Source: Sphaeroforma arctica JP610
Taxonomy: Eukaryota
DNA: 32,128 bases
NCBI RefSeq assembly: GCF_001186125.1
Contig: NW_014040274.1
Span: 27,020 to 59,147 of the forward strand
Direction of reading: 5' to 3'
The notes beneath the pieces were generated by a model, which had not been told where the DNA came from, did not search any database, and was given only the letters and a program-made list of their open reading frames with translations. Positions 14,265 to 27,494 of this stretch are shown here, piece by piece; the first letter of the stretch is position 1, and the number at the start of each line of letters is the position of its first letter. The position numbers were made by a program, and so were the translations under genes.

Positions 14265-14754
14265 ATGGCGGACACTTTGTTTACAATACGCAGGTGCTGT
14301 GTGCTTGTCTCCAGGAGAAGATCGCCCATCAGCACACTCATAGGACTCAATACAATGGCACTTGAAAAGACAGTAACGTACACACAGAATTCGGGTTTGT
14401 GTACACTAAATCGAGGGTTTCAACAGTCACTCTCGAGACATAGGTTTGGTAGTGTACGGGCTATGCACAAGTCTACGATTGCTGCTGTATCAGGTGGAGG
14501 CGAGAAGTATATTGATGAAAAACCAAGGTATGGTCATGCTAATAGTAATACAGCACAGAAGCCACACGATAGGGCCGATGGCTTGCAGAGATCGCGAATC
14601 CACAGGTACACCGGAGAGAGGGAAAGCCGCGGCGGGGTGTGTCTTATTTGTCATCAAACTAACTGGTATCAGTTTAAGTGGATATATGAGATTACTATCG
14701 GTACAAGAGATATGCGTGTCTGTTTTGGTGTAAAAGTATATTATTAATATGAAA

Positions 14755-14836
<82 letters not shown>

Positions 14837-14932
14837 TGTATTTTATTTATATATATATAAATTTATATATATGTATATATATGTATGTATGTATGTATGT
14901 ATATATGTATGTATAGATATATATATATATTT

Positions 14933-14964
<32 letters not shown>

Positions 14965-15117
14965 GTATGTATGCATAGGAAAATATATAGATGGGGGTGT
15001 GGGTGTGTGCGTCTCCTCATATATAACATCATATAAATATACGATANNNNNNNNNNNNNNNNNNNNTACGTACTACTATAGTGTGTTGTAGTTGTGTGTT
15101 TATTTACTTATATACTA

Positions 15118-15160
<43 letters not shown>

Positions 15161-18100
15161 TCTTTTGTTGCACAAATATGATATTGAGATTTCTTTTTGT
15201 AGAGTCGATGGCTTGCATAATTCTAAAAGTGAAAGTATACCTACATATTGAATTTTGCACTTTTATTTCTGTATAAATGACACGAATTTGTTATATGTTC
15301 TTTGTATCTATGTTTGTCAATATATTTTTGTCTCCACCGATCTATTCGCCAACAAGCACACCGTCACTGAGCCCTGTTTTCATTGCTCATATAATCTGAT
15401 ACAATTCGGCATTGCTTAGCTATCCAATGTCGCATTAGGTGACTCTACGCATCTCGCTGTACCAGAACACTACTCGACTATACTATCATAGCTTGCTAGT
15501 AGTGAAACGGGGCACATTAGCATTCAATTGAGCACAGCCAGAGCTTGATGACATACACAGCAGTAGTGGGTGCTGAGATATATTGCTATACAAAACACAG
15601 CCACCCATGGCCCAATCAGAGAGTGTTAGTAGGATTGGGAATCTACTCCCAGCCAGACAGACATGGTATAGTAGGTAGAAGACCTGGTGGTGCAGCATAC
15701 AATGATATAACATGATAACGACCTAGAATAGCCACCGGAATAAACTATTGAAGCCGTACTACGTGACACATTAGGACAGGGAAATCAACCAACGCGCGGC
15801 CGAAAACACCCGCGGAGGGCCCAGTGGTACCGTACTCACAACCCAACGACTGATAAGCGCGTGCATGGGGCTGAGTGGGAGGTCTAAGGTGGCGCAACTG
15901 GCCTACGGCACACTGCGTGATCATGTACAGGAACATATTCAGAGGTGGGTGGTTGGTTTGATCATGTACAGGAACGTATTCAGAGGTGGGTGTTTGGTTT
16001 GATCATGAACGAGAACATATTCAGAGATGGGTGTTTGGTTGAGGTTGTATTGTAGGCATCCTGTGCAAGTAGGCGCCGTCTCAAGCGTCGTGCAGTGATA
16101 AACCTAAGAAAGGTTTATATGCATTCAGTACTTTGTTTGCGGCTAAGTGGTGTTTTTTTCAATTCCCTAGCGTTTTTCAAACGATCTCTCACCCGTGAGA
16201 CCTCTTTTCATCAGCCTATCTCTTGAGGAAACGCTCGAGATCACAAGGAGTCTCAAGACCCTCACGAAACAGAGGGACCGATCCATTGCAAAGGTAAGAC
16301 ATCCATTGTATTTAGTAGTTCCGATGCTTGAGCACGGACACGCTGTCGCTACACAAGGCGTTCATATATACACGTGAGTACACCACACTACACTCACACT
16401 ACTGCTGCCAACCAACGGTGGAGCTCTGTACGTAGATCTGCTTGCGTATCCTTGTGGTTATGTTATGTGTGCCTGGCTCAGTTGTGTTATTACTCACTGT
16501 GCAGCGCTTCTCTAATGTGCGTTTGGTCCGAAGCAATTCAACACTCTCCCTCTTCTGTCTTGTTGTATTAGCTGTGGCTTTGAATTTTCTGGTTAACAAT
16601 GTTTGTATAGGCAGTGGTTTAAACTATTCTGTTTTCTGTTGCTAATGTTATATTGACTATGATGCAAATTGTTTTGTTATTCATGTATATATTGGCTGTG
16701 GTTGTGAATTATCCGGTTATCAATATTTATATAGGTAGTGGTTTATATTATTCTGTCTTCTATTCCTAATGTTATATTGGCTGTGGTTTAAATTGTCTTG
16801 TTATCTATATTTATATTGGCTGTGGTTTAAATTATTATATTATTTTTATGTTTATATTGGCTGTGGTTTAAATTATTTTGTTATCTGTACTTATATTGGC
16901 TGTCGCTTGTTTAAATATTCTGTTATCTATCTTTATATTGGCTGTGGTTTTAATTGCTCTGTTTGCTATTTGTGTTCTGTATCCTCATCTACGTTCTACT
17001 TTATCATACGTATGATCTCGTTTGGTCCTATATTGTAACTACCTCTCACACACACCGTTCTGCCCCCATCCCCACCCACAGCTCATGAGCGGACTGACGA
17101 CCATGTTGAAATCCCACGTGGAAGCACTGGCCACTGCTGAGCTGCCGACGGATGCGGTTGAACAGAAGGTGCTGAACGGCTCAGTAGATTGGGACTCCCG
17201 TCCAGGTATGCCACAGATATGGTGTGCGTGTGCGTGGCACCATGGACAAACTCGTAGGTGATAGTGAGGTATGGGTGTGGTGGCTAGGGAGGTATGAGGC
17301 GTATGAGATTGTGAGTCATGAGTTTGGTGGCAAGGACTGTCCCGTTCTCATGTATTTGGGGTGTGCATTCGGTCCGTGTGTTGGTCATAGTAGTGCACTC
17401 CCTTTCTCTATGTATATCAAACTATCTAAGTATATTAGCAAAGTGTGGTTAATGGGTCTATCAGCATAACATTATCTGGTATCATACCAATACACTCCGC
17501 CCGATATCCCTTCGGGTTGTCTTTTATTATGACAACTGATGACTCATCCACTGTGTAGTAACATGTGTGCGTATGGTTGATTCATCCACACATTCATACA
17601 TCGGCATGACTCGTCCACTGTGTAGTTACATGTGTGCATATGGTTTTTTTATCCACACATTCATACATTGGCATGACTCATCCACTGTGTAGTTACATGT
17701 GTGCGTATGGTTGATTAATCCACACATTCATACATTGGCATGGCTCATCTTCAGTGTAGTTACAAGTGTGCGTATTGTTCATGTGCCCGTGTCTTGAGCC
17801 GCATCCCATCCTTCTTGTCCCACCACTCCTTGGAGCCAGTTCATACACTTGCACACATTCATACATTGGCATGACCCATCTCCCACAGCAGCGTCCGTAT
17901 CGCTACTGGCGCCGTCTGAGGTAACCATGCTGTGTGAGCTATTTGAGCGTCTGGATATGATCTTCAACGTCGACCTGCACGACGCCTGCGACAGGCGTGT
18001 GTGTGAGGGTGTCGACCTGTTCAGCACCAATGAACTGGCCACCATCATGCAGTCGTTTGCCTACCTCAATTGCGGGACGTACCGCTTTTGGAGCAGCACG

Positions 18101-21100
18101 CGGGCGCGGTTTGAGACGCTGTGCAAGTACAAGCACACGTCCATGCGTGAGATGATGGTTGCCGTCAATGCGATGGCGTCTGCGAGTATACAGTGTGATA
18201 ACCTCCTGCGGATTCTGTGCCGAAATGTGGGGCGGATGCGGATCAGCGATTCCGGTATGTTTGGTCATCTGTTGGGTTAGGCATGTGGGCAAACCCGGAA
18301 CTCTAAACCCTAAACCTCGACACGGGGTGCTTGGTTCGTGCGGGCTGGTACTACGACCCATGTCAAGAGGAACAAGCCGCTAGCAGCACAGCGGCTGGTT
18401 TTAGGGTTTTTAAGGTTATATGTACATGCTCTGACGGGCTTGCACCTCCCTCACACACGTCTCACACTTGGCATGTCTGCGACTGTAACTGGGTGCGTGT
18501 TTGTTGTTCGTAGCTTTTTAGGTCGTATTCGATTTGTGTTTAGTTGCTTGTCCAGACTTTGTGTGGAAGTTGGTCGCCATAGCAACGTACGCATAGCAAC
18601 CGGAGGATAGCACTTTCACGAGACACAGAAGCACCGGCGTACTTGACTACCCACGTCACCACGGCGTAGTATAGACAGCGTTTACGGGCCTTGGGCCATC
18701 GGCATCAAGACCACCTAGCGTACCTAGATGTACTTTGTGTAACTAGATACACTTAGCGTGACTATATGCACTTTGTGTAACTAGATATACTTAGCGTGCC
18801 TAGATGCACTTTGTGTAACTAGATGCACTTTGTGTCACTAGGTACACTTAGCGTACCTAGATGCACTGTGTAACTAGATACACTTAGTGTGACTAGATGC
18901 ACTTTGTGCAACTAGATGCACTTAGTGTGACTAGATGCACTTTGTGTAACTAGATACACTTATCGTGACTAGATGCACTTTGTGTAACTAGATACACTTA
19001 TCGTGACTAGATGCACTTACCATAGCAGACCTCCCTTGCGCTACAGCTGTAACCGTTCCTTGTGAACGGTTATTTACATGAGCGCTACGGCTTTTGTTTA
19101 GTTAGGTCATATGTCCTTTACCACAGTACTTGCCGTGGCAACCCCACTTAGCTACTACGGTGTCTACATACATTTGTATCGTATCGTGAAGCTTTAGTTA
19201 GGACATATGTCCCAGCTGCTATACCACAGCACTTGCCGTGGCAACCCCACTTTGCTACTACGGAGTCTTCATACATTTGTATCGTATCGTGAAGCTTTAG
19301 TTAGGACATATGTCCTTTACCACAGTACTTGCCGTGGCAAACCCACTCAGCTACTACGGTGTCTACATACATTTTTATCGTATCGTGAAGCTTTAGTTAG
19401 GTCATTGTCCATTATCACAGCACTTTCCGTGGCAAATCCACTTAGCTACTACGGCGTCTTCATACATTTGTATCGTATCTTGAAGCTTTAGTTCGCTCAT
19501 ATGTCCTTTATCACAGCACTTGCCGTGGCAAATCCACTTAGCTACTACGGCGTCTTCATGCATTTGTATCGTATCGTGAAGCTTTAGTTGGGTCATTTGT
19601 CGCAGTCGCTTTACCACAGTACTTGCCGTGGCTAGCGCACGTAGCTACTACGGCTTTTTTATATATACGTGTCGTGAAGCTGTAGTTAGGGCATTTGTCA
19701 TGCTCTGCGACTGTTTACTTCCATTAACAACAGTACTTGCCTGAAAGGCCTGTCGTACGCATTACACACATCACATCAGGGTTAGAATTCCATACTGAAC
19801 CTATGTAGCTACTTAGGCCAGGCTTACCACCCACCACACCACCCCCCTACTCAAAAGTACCAAACCTTCTCTCAGCAGACGAAGCTCTGTGGCTCATAGG
19901 CCAAGCGGCCGGGGCGGCAGGCATGCTCAGGCCACCCCAGCTACGCGAGATCATACACAGTCTCATGACACCGAAGGTGCTGCAGTTCCTGACAAGCATA
20001 CGACAACCTCATCTGTCGTCGCACGAGTTGCATCAGCTGGTGCCGGTGCTGTGGACACTGCTGCACGTGCGCATGCATCCGGAGATGGTCGAACGCCTGG
20101 CCAAGAACGTCGGCGATTTCCGCAGTCCCCACAACGCCCAGACAAGGTGCTGTGCGCGACTGTTGTTGATGTGTGGTCTGGATGGGTGTATCTGTATATG
20201 TTTGTGTACCCGCCACAACCATTTGTATTTGCATATGTTCCTGTTTCTGGCACTTTATTGTGTCTTGTTTTCCTGTCATCGCATGCGCCCATAAAGCCCT
20301 CGTAAGTTGCCTGTACCCTGTGGGTGAACGTACTCTGGATGTTGTCTCCGAGCCAATGGTGGTTGCTTTGAGAGTTCGCATTCAAGACAGCCCACCTGCC
20401 CAACAGCTTCCTCGTGGCGTGTTTGTATCGACTATACTGCTAGCTGCGCCATATACAAACCGTTCAAGGCTATCCACTCACACATACATTACTTCTGTGC
20501 TATCCCGTAGGTTTATGAGGCACCAGGCGTCTGTGATGTTGGCGTGCTTCTCGCCGCACAGGGCCATACATAGCGACCCCACCAAACCCCGCTCCAGCCG
20601 AAACAAGGGCGGGTATGGGGCAAGCCTGGTGCAACCTTTTCCGCAGAAGAAGCACGTTTCTGGCTTCGAGAATAACATCAACGATGTGATGGTCAGCATG
20701 GGGTTGGATACGGCCATAAGGTGCGTGCGCAAGTGTCGTCCTCCGTTTGCGGGGAGAGGGCTACGCGCATGGGGTGGTTCTGCTGTTGGTTTCTGTCGGT
20801 GGCGAATGTAGGGGTTTTGGGGTTTAGGGTTTTGTCTGTCTTGTCAGGGACATAGCAAGAGTATTCGTTAACGTGTTGTGGGTGGTACTCAATAGTGGTT
20901 TGTCTCTGAGGGGAGTGCATGTGTCCACTACTGTGTGATGTGAACTGTTGTAGCGATGTGTCAGTTGTCTGTTTGTGTGCTGTTGCCTCTGTTCGTTTAT
21001 CTAACTCAGAAGTGTGTGGCCATGTTGTTAAATTTTAAGTACGCTCCTTCTCGTCCGGTTCGTTTGTAGTTATTAAATTTGATTTGCATTTGTAAATGAA

Positions 21101-21943
21101 CAACGAAACCAGCTCGGTTTTCAACCTTGCAGCGTTACTTCACTCAAGCAATTCATCTAGGCCCTGCATGTATATTCATTCAAGAGCAAACCTTAGGAGG
21201 ATTCTTTTTATTCTGCCACTATCTGGACCAGACTTGAACGCATGAGCTCGCCTGTTCGCTTAAAAAGCTTAGCAGGTTGCGCTAATACAAAGCCCAGCAA
21301 CAAGCAAGCCTCTACACGCTTGCTCTGTATATTTACATAGCAAATCACGGATCTATACATACATACATACATACATACATACATACATACATACATACAT
21401 ACATACATACATACATACATACATACATACATACATACATACATACATACAGCAACGCACAGCAACGCACAGCAACGCACAGCAACATTCGCCTATATAT
21501 CCTGGTCCGTAGCGCCCCCCCCCCCTACTCTCCCCTGATATCATCTCGTGATCTATTACGTACCCCATCCCAGGCAATATCAAACGGAGGTGGGTTTCTC
21601 GGTCGACTTTGCCTTTCCCGATGCCAAAGTATGCATTGAGGCGGAAGGGCCGCACCACTACTTAGTTGACCCACAGACACGCAGCTACAGAACGGACGGC
21701 ACCACCAATGTGAAGTTGATGTGTCTCCAGGAAACGGGGTGGAATTTCATACAGATCCCGTTTTGGAAGTGGGATCTATTCCGGGAGCAGGAGGACAAAC
21801 AGTTGTACCTCAACTCTCTGCTGCAGCCCTACCTGTCTTGTCCTGGGGTGATATCAATCCAGGAGGAGCTCAGCCTTAACCTGCCGTATGTGCAGCGCTC
21901 GCTCAGAAACTATCTTAGCGGGGAAGATAGTAAATTAATTTAG
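14265..21943 (+). CDS. FASTK-like / RAP-domain RNA-binding protein, probably mitochondrial (~653 aa, 8 exons)
   Basis: Exons 14265-14636, 15775-15944, 16215-16293, 17082-17205, 17889-18254, 19876-20146, 20511-20720 and 21574-21943 are phase-compatible GT-AG (1962 nt); an in-frame upstream ATG lies at 14133. Last exon is a RAP domain (GFSVDFA...[11 protein letters not shown]...[26 protein letters not shown]). Helical repeats such as [17 protein letters not shown]; Arg/Ser-rich N-terminus. Exon 1-3 boundaries are less certain. Confidence 0.82.
14757..14965. repeat. (AT)n / (ATGT)n microsatellite
   Basis: Directly visible. Confidence 0.9.
15919..16041 (+). repeat. 41-bp tandem triplication spanning an exon end and its 5' splice site
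   Basis: GATCATGTACAGGAACATATTCAGAG|GTGGGT... at 15919, 15960 and 16001. Confidence 0.85.
16600..16970. repeat. Intronic minisatellite, ~38-bp (TATATTGGCTGTGGTTTAAATT...)
   Basis: About 9 diverged copies. Confidence 0.8.
17539..17880. repeat. Intronic 67-bp tandem repeat
   Basis: ATGACTCATCCACTGTGTAGT at 17539, 17606, 17673 and 17740; a partial copy abuts the acceptor at 17888. Confidence 0.88.
18715..19020. repeat. ~19-bp tandem repeat (CTAGATGCACTTTGTGTAA)
   Basis: About 15 copies in two alternating variants. Confidence 0.9.
19085..19690. repeat. ~100-bp tandem repeat (CACTTGCCGTGGCAA...GCTACTACGG...GTGAAGCTTTAGTTAGG)
   Basis: About 6 copies. Confidence 0.9.
21355..21487. repeat. (TACA)n followed by (AGCAACGCAC)x3-4
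   Basis: Directly visible. Confidence 0.95.
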
Positions 21944-22958
21944 ATACTGACAGGAATATACATAAATTTAGATACATGCCGCAAGCAGCAGAGCCCATAT
22001 AGTTCATATAGTGGTTTCGTTCCAGTCCGTATGTGCATACGCAGAAGTTTTGGGCGGCCGGGATTGATACTCGATACCTCGGACAGGATCAATCCTTTCG
22101 ACCAAGGATCACCCCAGGGGGGCTATATAATCGATTCCCTTGTCCCTATAGGCTAAGCCCAACACCCCAGACAAGCAAAGTTTACCAACCAAGCTTCCAC
22201 CCCGGGAATATATTTACCCCTTACGAGGGCCATGAGTTTGCCCTTGCCTCAACTTTATGGGGTGCCCTAGGGATTTAGCCACTCGAGGGAAAACTCATAT
22301 CGGGACACCCCAAACTCCTTTTATTATTTGTGGTATTTGGAGGACATTAAGTGGATTACTGGAGCATAGAAAACAGAAGTATAGTACGTAATCTAATTAT
22401 TTGGTATATGTACATTGCTTGCAACAAGTCAATAAACCCTTAAAAAGAAAGCAAAAGTTTAATATGTAATTTTATTTGTATAATCGCTTGCAACAAGTCA
22501 TTACATATTTTGAAATTTTTAATAGTTGAAAAGCAAAAGTATAATGTATTTGTATAATCGCTGGCAAGCCCCAAGTGTGTTGATAAGCATCCCAGGTGGA
22601 ATGTCTTGATAGTGCGCTACCAAGAGACCATGATCAGCCGGGTAGGTCACACTGTAAATCTGTGAAAGAAACAGGGCTATATTATTTATTTTAAAGTTGT
22701 AAAACGGGATCGATTAATGTATATAGTACACTCGAGGGGAGTTGGCTACATAGACCATTGACCAATCTGTTTGATAGTGAAATGAATAGATATTTCAAGT
22801 GACTTATGGTGTATCGGTCAAAGCAATACTGAGCACTATTAAGCACCGAGGAGTCGTGCAATAAACAGTTTTTTTAATAAATATAGACCATCGTCGCTCT
22901 CTCTGTAGAGAGCTAAATAGTACTGTAGTATGCTTCACAGCTGCCCAAACGCACCGTG

Positions 22959-23042
22959 TTGACATATGACACTTGACATTTGACATTTGACATTTGACAT
23001 TTGACATTTGACACTTGACATTTGACACTTGACATTTGACAT
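22959..23042. repeat. 7-bp tandem repeat (TTGACAY)x~12
   Basis: Directly visible, ~155 bp upstream of the aminotransferase ATG. Confidence 0.9.
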
Positions 23043-23197
23043 GGATTTATCTTGTGCTGACACCTGACACGCACCCGTACAGAGCCAATATTTCACATCA
23101 CGGAAACAATTTCATATTTTTAGTTCACTAAATATTTGTATGTATGTACTGCATATTCTCAAAACAAGCGTCTCCGTGTTCACCTAGAGAGCTGCCG

Positions 23198-26100
23198 ATG
23201 ACAATGTCAAGTTTAGTACGACCGGCACTACGTGCACAGGCACTCAGTCCCAATGTGTTTGCGGCCTTCTCTGCGTTAGCGTTGAAAGTGAGTGCGATTT
23301 CACTAGCAGTGCTTACAAGTGCCGTGTACATCAACAGTTACCAAAAGTTGTCTTGTGATCCGTCGCCAGACCGGAACCATACATTGATGAAACTACAGTA
23401 AACACATCAACAATAGGTTGGCATCCGATAATTATAAAACGTATCTCTGCAAGCTTATATTGTAATAGACATTGAAATATACTCTTCAGATACTTTGTGC
23501 ATGGGCAGATGATACTCTCTTATGCGTTAGTATTGGTATCAGCATTGTGCCTCGAGATCTGATTCTCAATCGCCGACAACTGCTATATTCTAATAGCAAG
23601 ACCGATCAGTCTTATTTTAGCTGCATAAATCTATCTGGTTATATTACTACAAGTACATTGATCTTCATGTACAAACCTTCACGCCACAACCTTTTGCCTT
23701 GGAGCGCTTGAACGATACTCGCCTGATTCACTCAGCACCACCACGGTGCTCATCTTCACGTAGCGAGGCTATATACTTCCACAAAAATCAGTCCGTTCAA
23801 ATGTGGACGCGATCTATTCCTACTCTTTTATCAGTTGCGACTACCTTGGTTGTACTTATTACTTCACAGGCACCAGTAGTCATTTCTCATTGTGTACAAT
23901 ACTCGCATGCGCACCCAACCTACAGCACGGCAGTGTCAATCTCGGACAGGGCTTCCCGACGTTCCCGGCACCTGACTTTCTGGTATGGGCTGCGTTGCAC
24001 GCCTTATGCATACGTGCTTACTGTATTGGACAGTTGGTGTGCTGTATTCCGAGTCTGTAGATCACCTATGCAGTGTGGATACCAAATGCAAATAAAAGAC
24101 AGCACCACGATACGTATATATTCTTGTCAGTTTCGTATGTGTTCATGATATGTATATAGTCTTGCCAGTTTCTTATGTGTTCATGATATGTATATATTCT
24201 TGCCAGTTTCTTATGTGTTCATGATCCGTATATAGTCTTGCCAGTTTCTTATGTGTTCATGATCCGTATATATATCTTGCCAGTTTCTTATGTGTTCATG
24301 ATATGTATATATTCTTGCCAGTTTCTTATGTGTTCATGATACGTATATATATCTTGCCAGTTTCTTATGTGTTCATGACATGTATATATTCTTGCCAGTT
24401 TCTTACGTGTTCATGATACGTATATAGTCTTGCCAGTTTCTTATGTATTCATGATACGTATATATTCTTGCCAGTTTCTTATGTGTTCATGATATGTATG
24501 TATTCTTGCCAGTTTCTTATGTGTTCATGATATGTATACAGTCTTGCCATTTTCTTATGTGTTCATGATATGTATATATTCTTGCCAGTTCTTATGTGAT
24601 CATGATACGTATATCATGATACCTATATATGATATCTATATATGATACCTATATATGATACCTATATATGATACCTATAGCCAGTTTCTCAGTTTGTTAT
24701 GTGTTTGCTAGTACACGCCTGAGCACCACTGAACGTCTCAGCTATATGAATACAGTCTCTTCATACCTACCGCAGAAAGACGCTGTGTGTGAGGCTATAC
24801 ACGCCAATAACAACCAGTATGGACGGCCCGGGGGCCACCCTGAGCTAGTGGGTGTCATCGGTACTCAGTACTCTGAACAGCTCGCTCGAAAGATCGATGG
24901 TATGACTAATGTCTGTACGTACAGCGGTGCACAAGAGGGCATCGCAGCGGCTGCCATGGCCTTTGTGAATCCCGGGGATGAGGTGGTGGTACGTGCGTGT
25001 TATAACTAGGTTAGGTTGATTGGAAGTTGTCACCTCAACCGTTATTATTCTGGTGTAACTTTCTACCTTTTAGCTTGCTGTAGGTTAGCTTCGCGGATCG
25101 GAGTACGCTGTAATTACACTATTATATTGATGATTGTATTGAATTCGCGCTTCCATATGTTACCTTGTTAGGTTATGGCATGTCGAGCTGCACACATCTC
25201 TAGATAGCACAATGTCTAGGTTTACATATATATATGTGTATATAATGGTGTGTATGTTTGTATTATATATATATATATATATGAGTGTGTGTGTGTGTAT
25301 GTATGTATGTATGTACGTATGTAAGTACATACGTATAAGTACAATATATGTGAGATCATACGTACATCGATGCATGTATATATATATATATATATATATA
25401 TAAACTTGGGAAATATCGTATTAACGTCAATTCTGTGTATCAAGTAAACTAAGGCTATACAATTGCACCATATTTTCATGCACAGGTTATCGAGCCCTAT
25501 TTTGACGCGTACGTCAATGCGGTAAAACTAGCCGGTGGCAAAGTTATCGGTGTTCCCTTGAGGACACCTGAGGGTGCGACAGTCACCAACTCCAGTGACT
25601 ATACCCTGGACCCAGCCGAACTAGACCGAGCTATAACCCCCAACACGAAGATGTTGATACTCAACACACCCCATAACCCGACAGGCATGTATGACTGTTA
25701 TTTCGTATTGCACGTGTGTGAGTTAGTGTGTGTGCGACATCACTTGCAAGTGCAAGCATCCTGAATAGACTCAATCAATCGGCATATCTCTACTATATTT
25801 GTGATTCGAAAATGGATTCGAAAATGTGAGTGTATGTTTATATGGCGATTGCATTTGTATGCGTGATAGAGTCACCGATACAATGAGGTGTGTGATGTTA
25901 ACTGTCTGGGGTAATTTATACACACCTCATCAAGCCTGGTGGTTCATGAATATCCGTGTTCGTTGTAGTGAAGTCATGGTTAAGAGTGTACCCAATGTTA
26001 AGTTACTTTCACACAAGCTTACTATCACTTTCGAGCGTGGGTTGAAACATCGCTTGGGCCCAATACAAAAGTGGCGTGTGTGATGAGAAATCACCCGCTC

Positions 26101-27494
26101 TATATTGTCCTTCGTGGTAACTTTACCAATCGACCGGATAAACCCCTACCATGTAGGGCCGTGAATCTCACCGCTTCAAACCTGCCGCTGAGTTCGACAT
26201 CTAGCCGCTACGTACTGCTAAAGTGAAACAGCATAATGGATCTTACTAAGTTCTTCTCGTCCTATTCCTACAACCCAATTACAGGCAAGGTATTCAGCAA
26301 ATCAGAGCTCGTGGAGGTGAGCGATGTAGTGGCGAGGCATCCCGATTTAATTGTGCTTTCAGATGAAGTCTACGAACATTCAGTGTACGATGACACGGAA
26401 CACATAGCGTTTGCCACAATCAATGACATGTGGAAACGCACAATATCCTTGTACAGTGTGGGCAAAACGTTCAGCGTCACTGGCTTTCGATTGGGGTACT
26501 CTATAGCTCCCGAAGGTGAGTTGTGTTGGATAGCGATTATGTGTGCGCTCGCGTATTGCGTGACAGGATTTTGCATTCTAATGAAATTATGGGTGAATGC
26601 AAGCGAGTTTTAGATGGACAATTAATTTGAACTAATTGGGGATGCCATGCGCCACGGTCGTGCTCAAAAAAAAAAGGGGGGGGGGGGGGGGGGTTCTTTA
26701 ATTGACTTGCTGATACTAATAGGTTTATCGAAGCTTGACTCACAAATATTCATTGTATCTGACAGAGCACCTGCCATTTCAATGCTCCGGTTCCTATCTT
26801 CAAGTAAAAGTATCTAATGCTTTTGAAACATTAAATGTATATTGGAACATATTGGCTAATTTTTATCCTCCACAAATATTGATCAGAATTGTCTCGAGAG
26901 CTCCTGAAAATCCGCGCAGCCCTGTCGTTCTCGAGTGTTACGCCCATCGAGATCGGAACGGCCAAGGCAATCGCTGCATGCAGGTCCAACAATTACTATC
27001 AAGACTTCCGAACGATGATGCAAGCGAAAAGAGACGTTCTGGTGGCGGCGATGACACAGGCGGGCATCCCTCCTGTAGTGCCTCAGGGAGGATACTTCAC
27101 CGTGGGAGACACTAGCGGGCCCTTGGTTGGTGCTGTACCCCGACTTTCAGAAGGTTTGTGTCCCGTTTGTTGGGTTCGTGACCACATTGTGAGGTTCGAG
27201 CTGATGATATCACAAGATTGTTTATCGTATTGAAATGAACTTGACACCAGGGTGTTTTCTTGTTTTCACTCAGATGATACAGCAGAACAAGCGCTATTAG
27301 AAAGGAGGGACTTCAGAGTTGCACGCTGGCTAACGACTGAAGCGAACATTACCGGGATACCGATGTCATGTTTCTACGAACCCCACAACCGCTACTTGGC
27401 CAACGACGTCATCAGGTTCTGCCATGCTAAGGATGATGACACAATGTTGGCAGCTAGGTCTAATTTTCAAAAATTTGCGAAACAGTTATCGTAA
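23198..27494 (+). CDS. KYAT: Kynurenine--oxoglutarate / glutamine transaminase (class I PLP aminotransferase, KAT1/3-like; ~425 aa, 7 exons)
   Basis: Exons 23198-23287, 23926-23982, 24776-24988, 25486-25684, 26285-26515, 26887-27153 and 27274-27494 (1278 nt). Motifs: VNLGQGFP, NQYGRPGGHPEL, NPGDEVVVIEPYFDAY, LNTPHNPTGKVF, SDEVYE, SVGKTFSVTGFRLGY (PLP lysine), PQGGYF, IRFC. Confidence 0.93.
24110..24680. repeat. 38-bp tandem repeat (TCTTGCCAGTTTCTTATGTGTTCATGATATGTATATAT) x~13, then a short ATGATACCTATAT repeat
   Basis: Directly visible in aminotransferase intron 2. Confidence 0.92.

Noticed and set aside
18300..20835. TTTAGGG-like motifs (~18304, ~18400, ~20815) as telomeric repeats
   Set aside because: Only 1-3 degenerate units each, all within introns.
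26080..26191. Intronic C/D snoRNA candidate (GTGATGA...CTGA)
   Set aside because: No terminal stem and no rRNA/snRNA guide that I can recognise.
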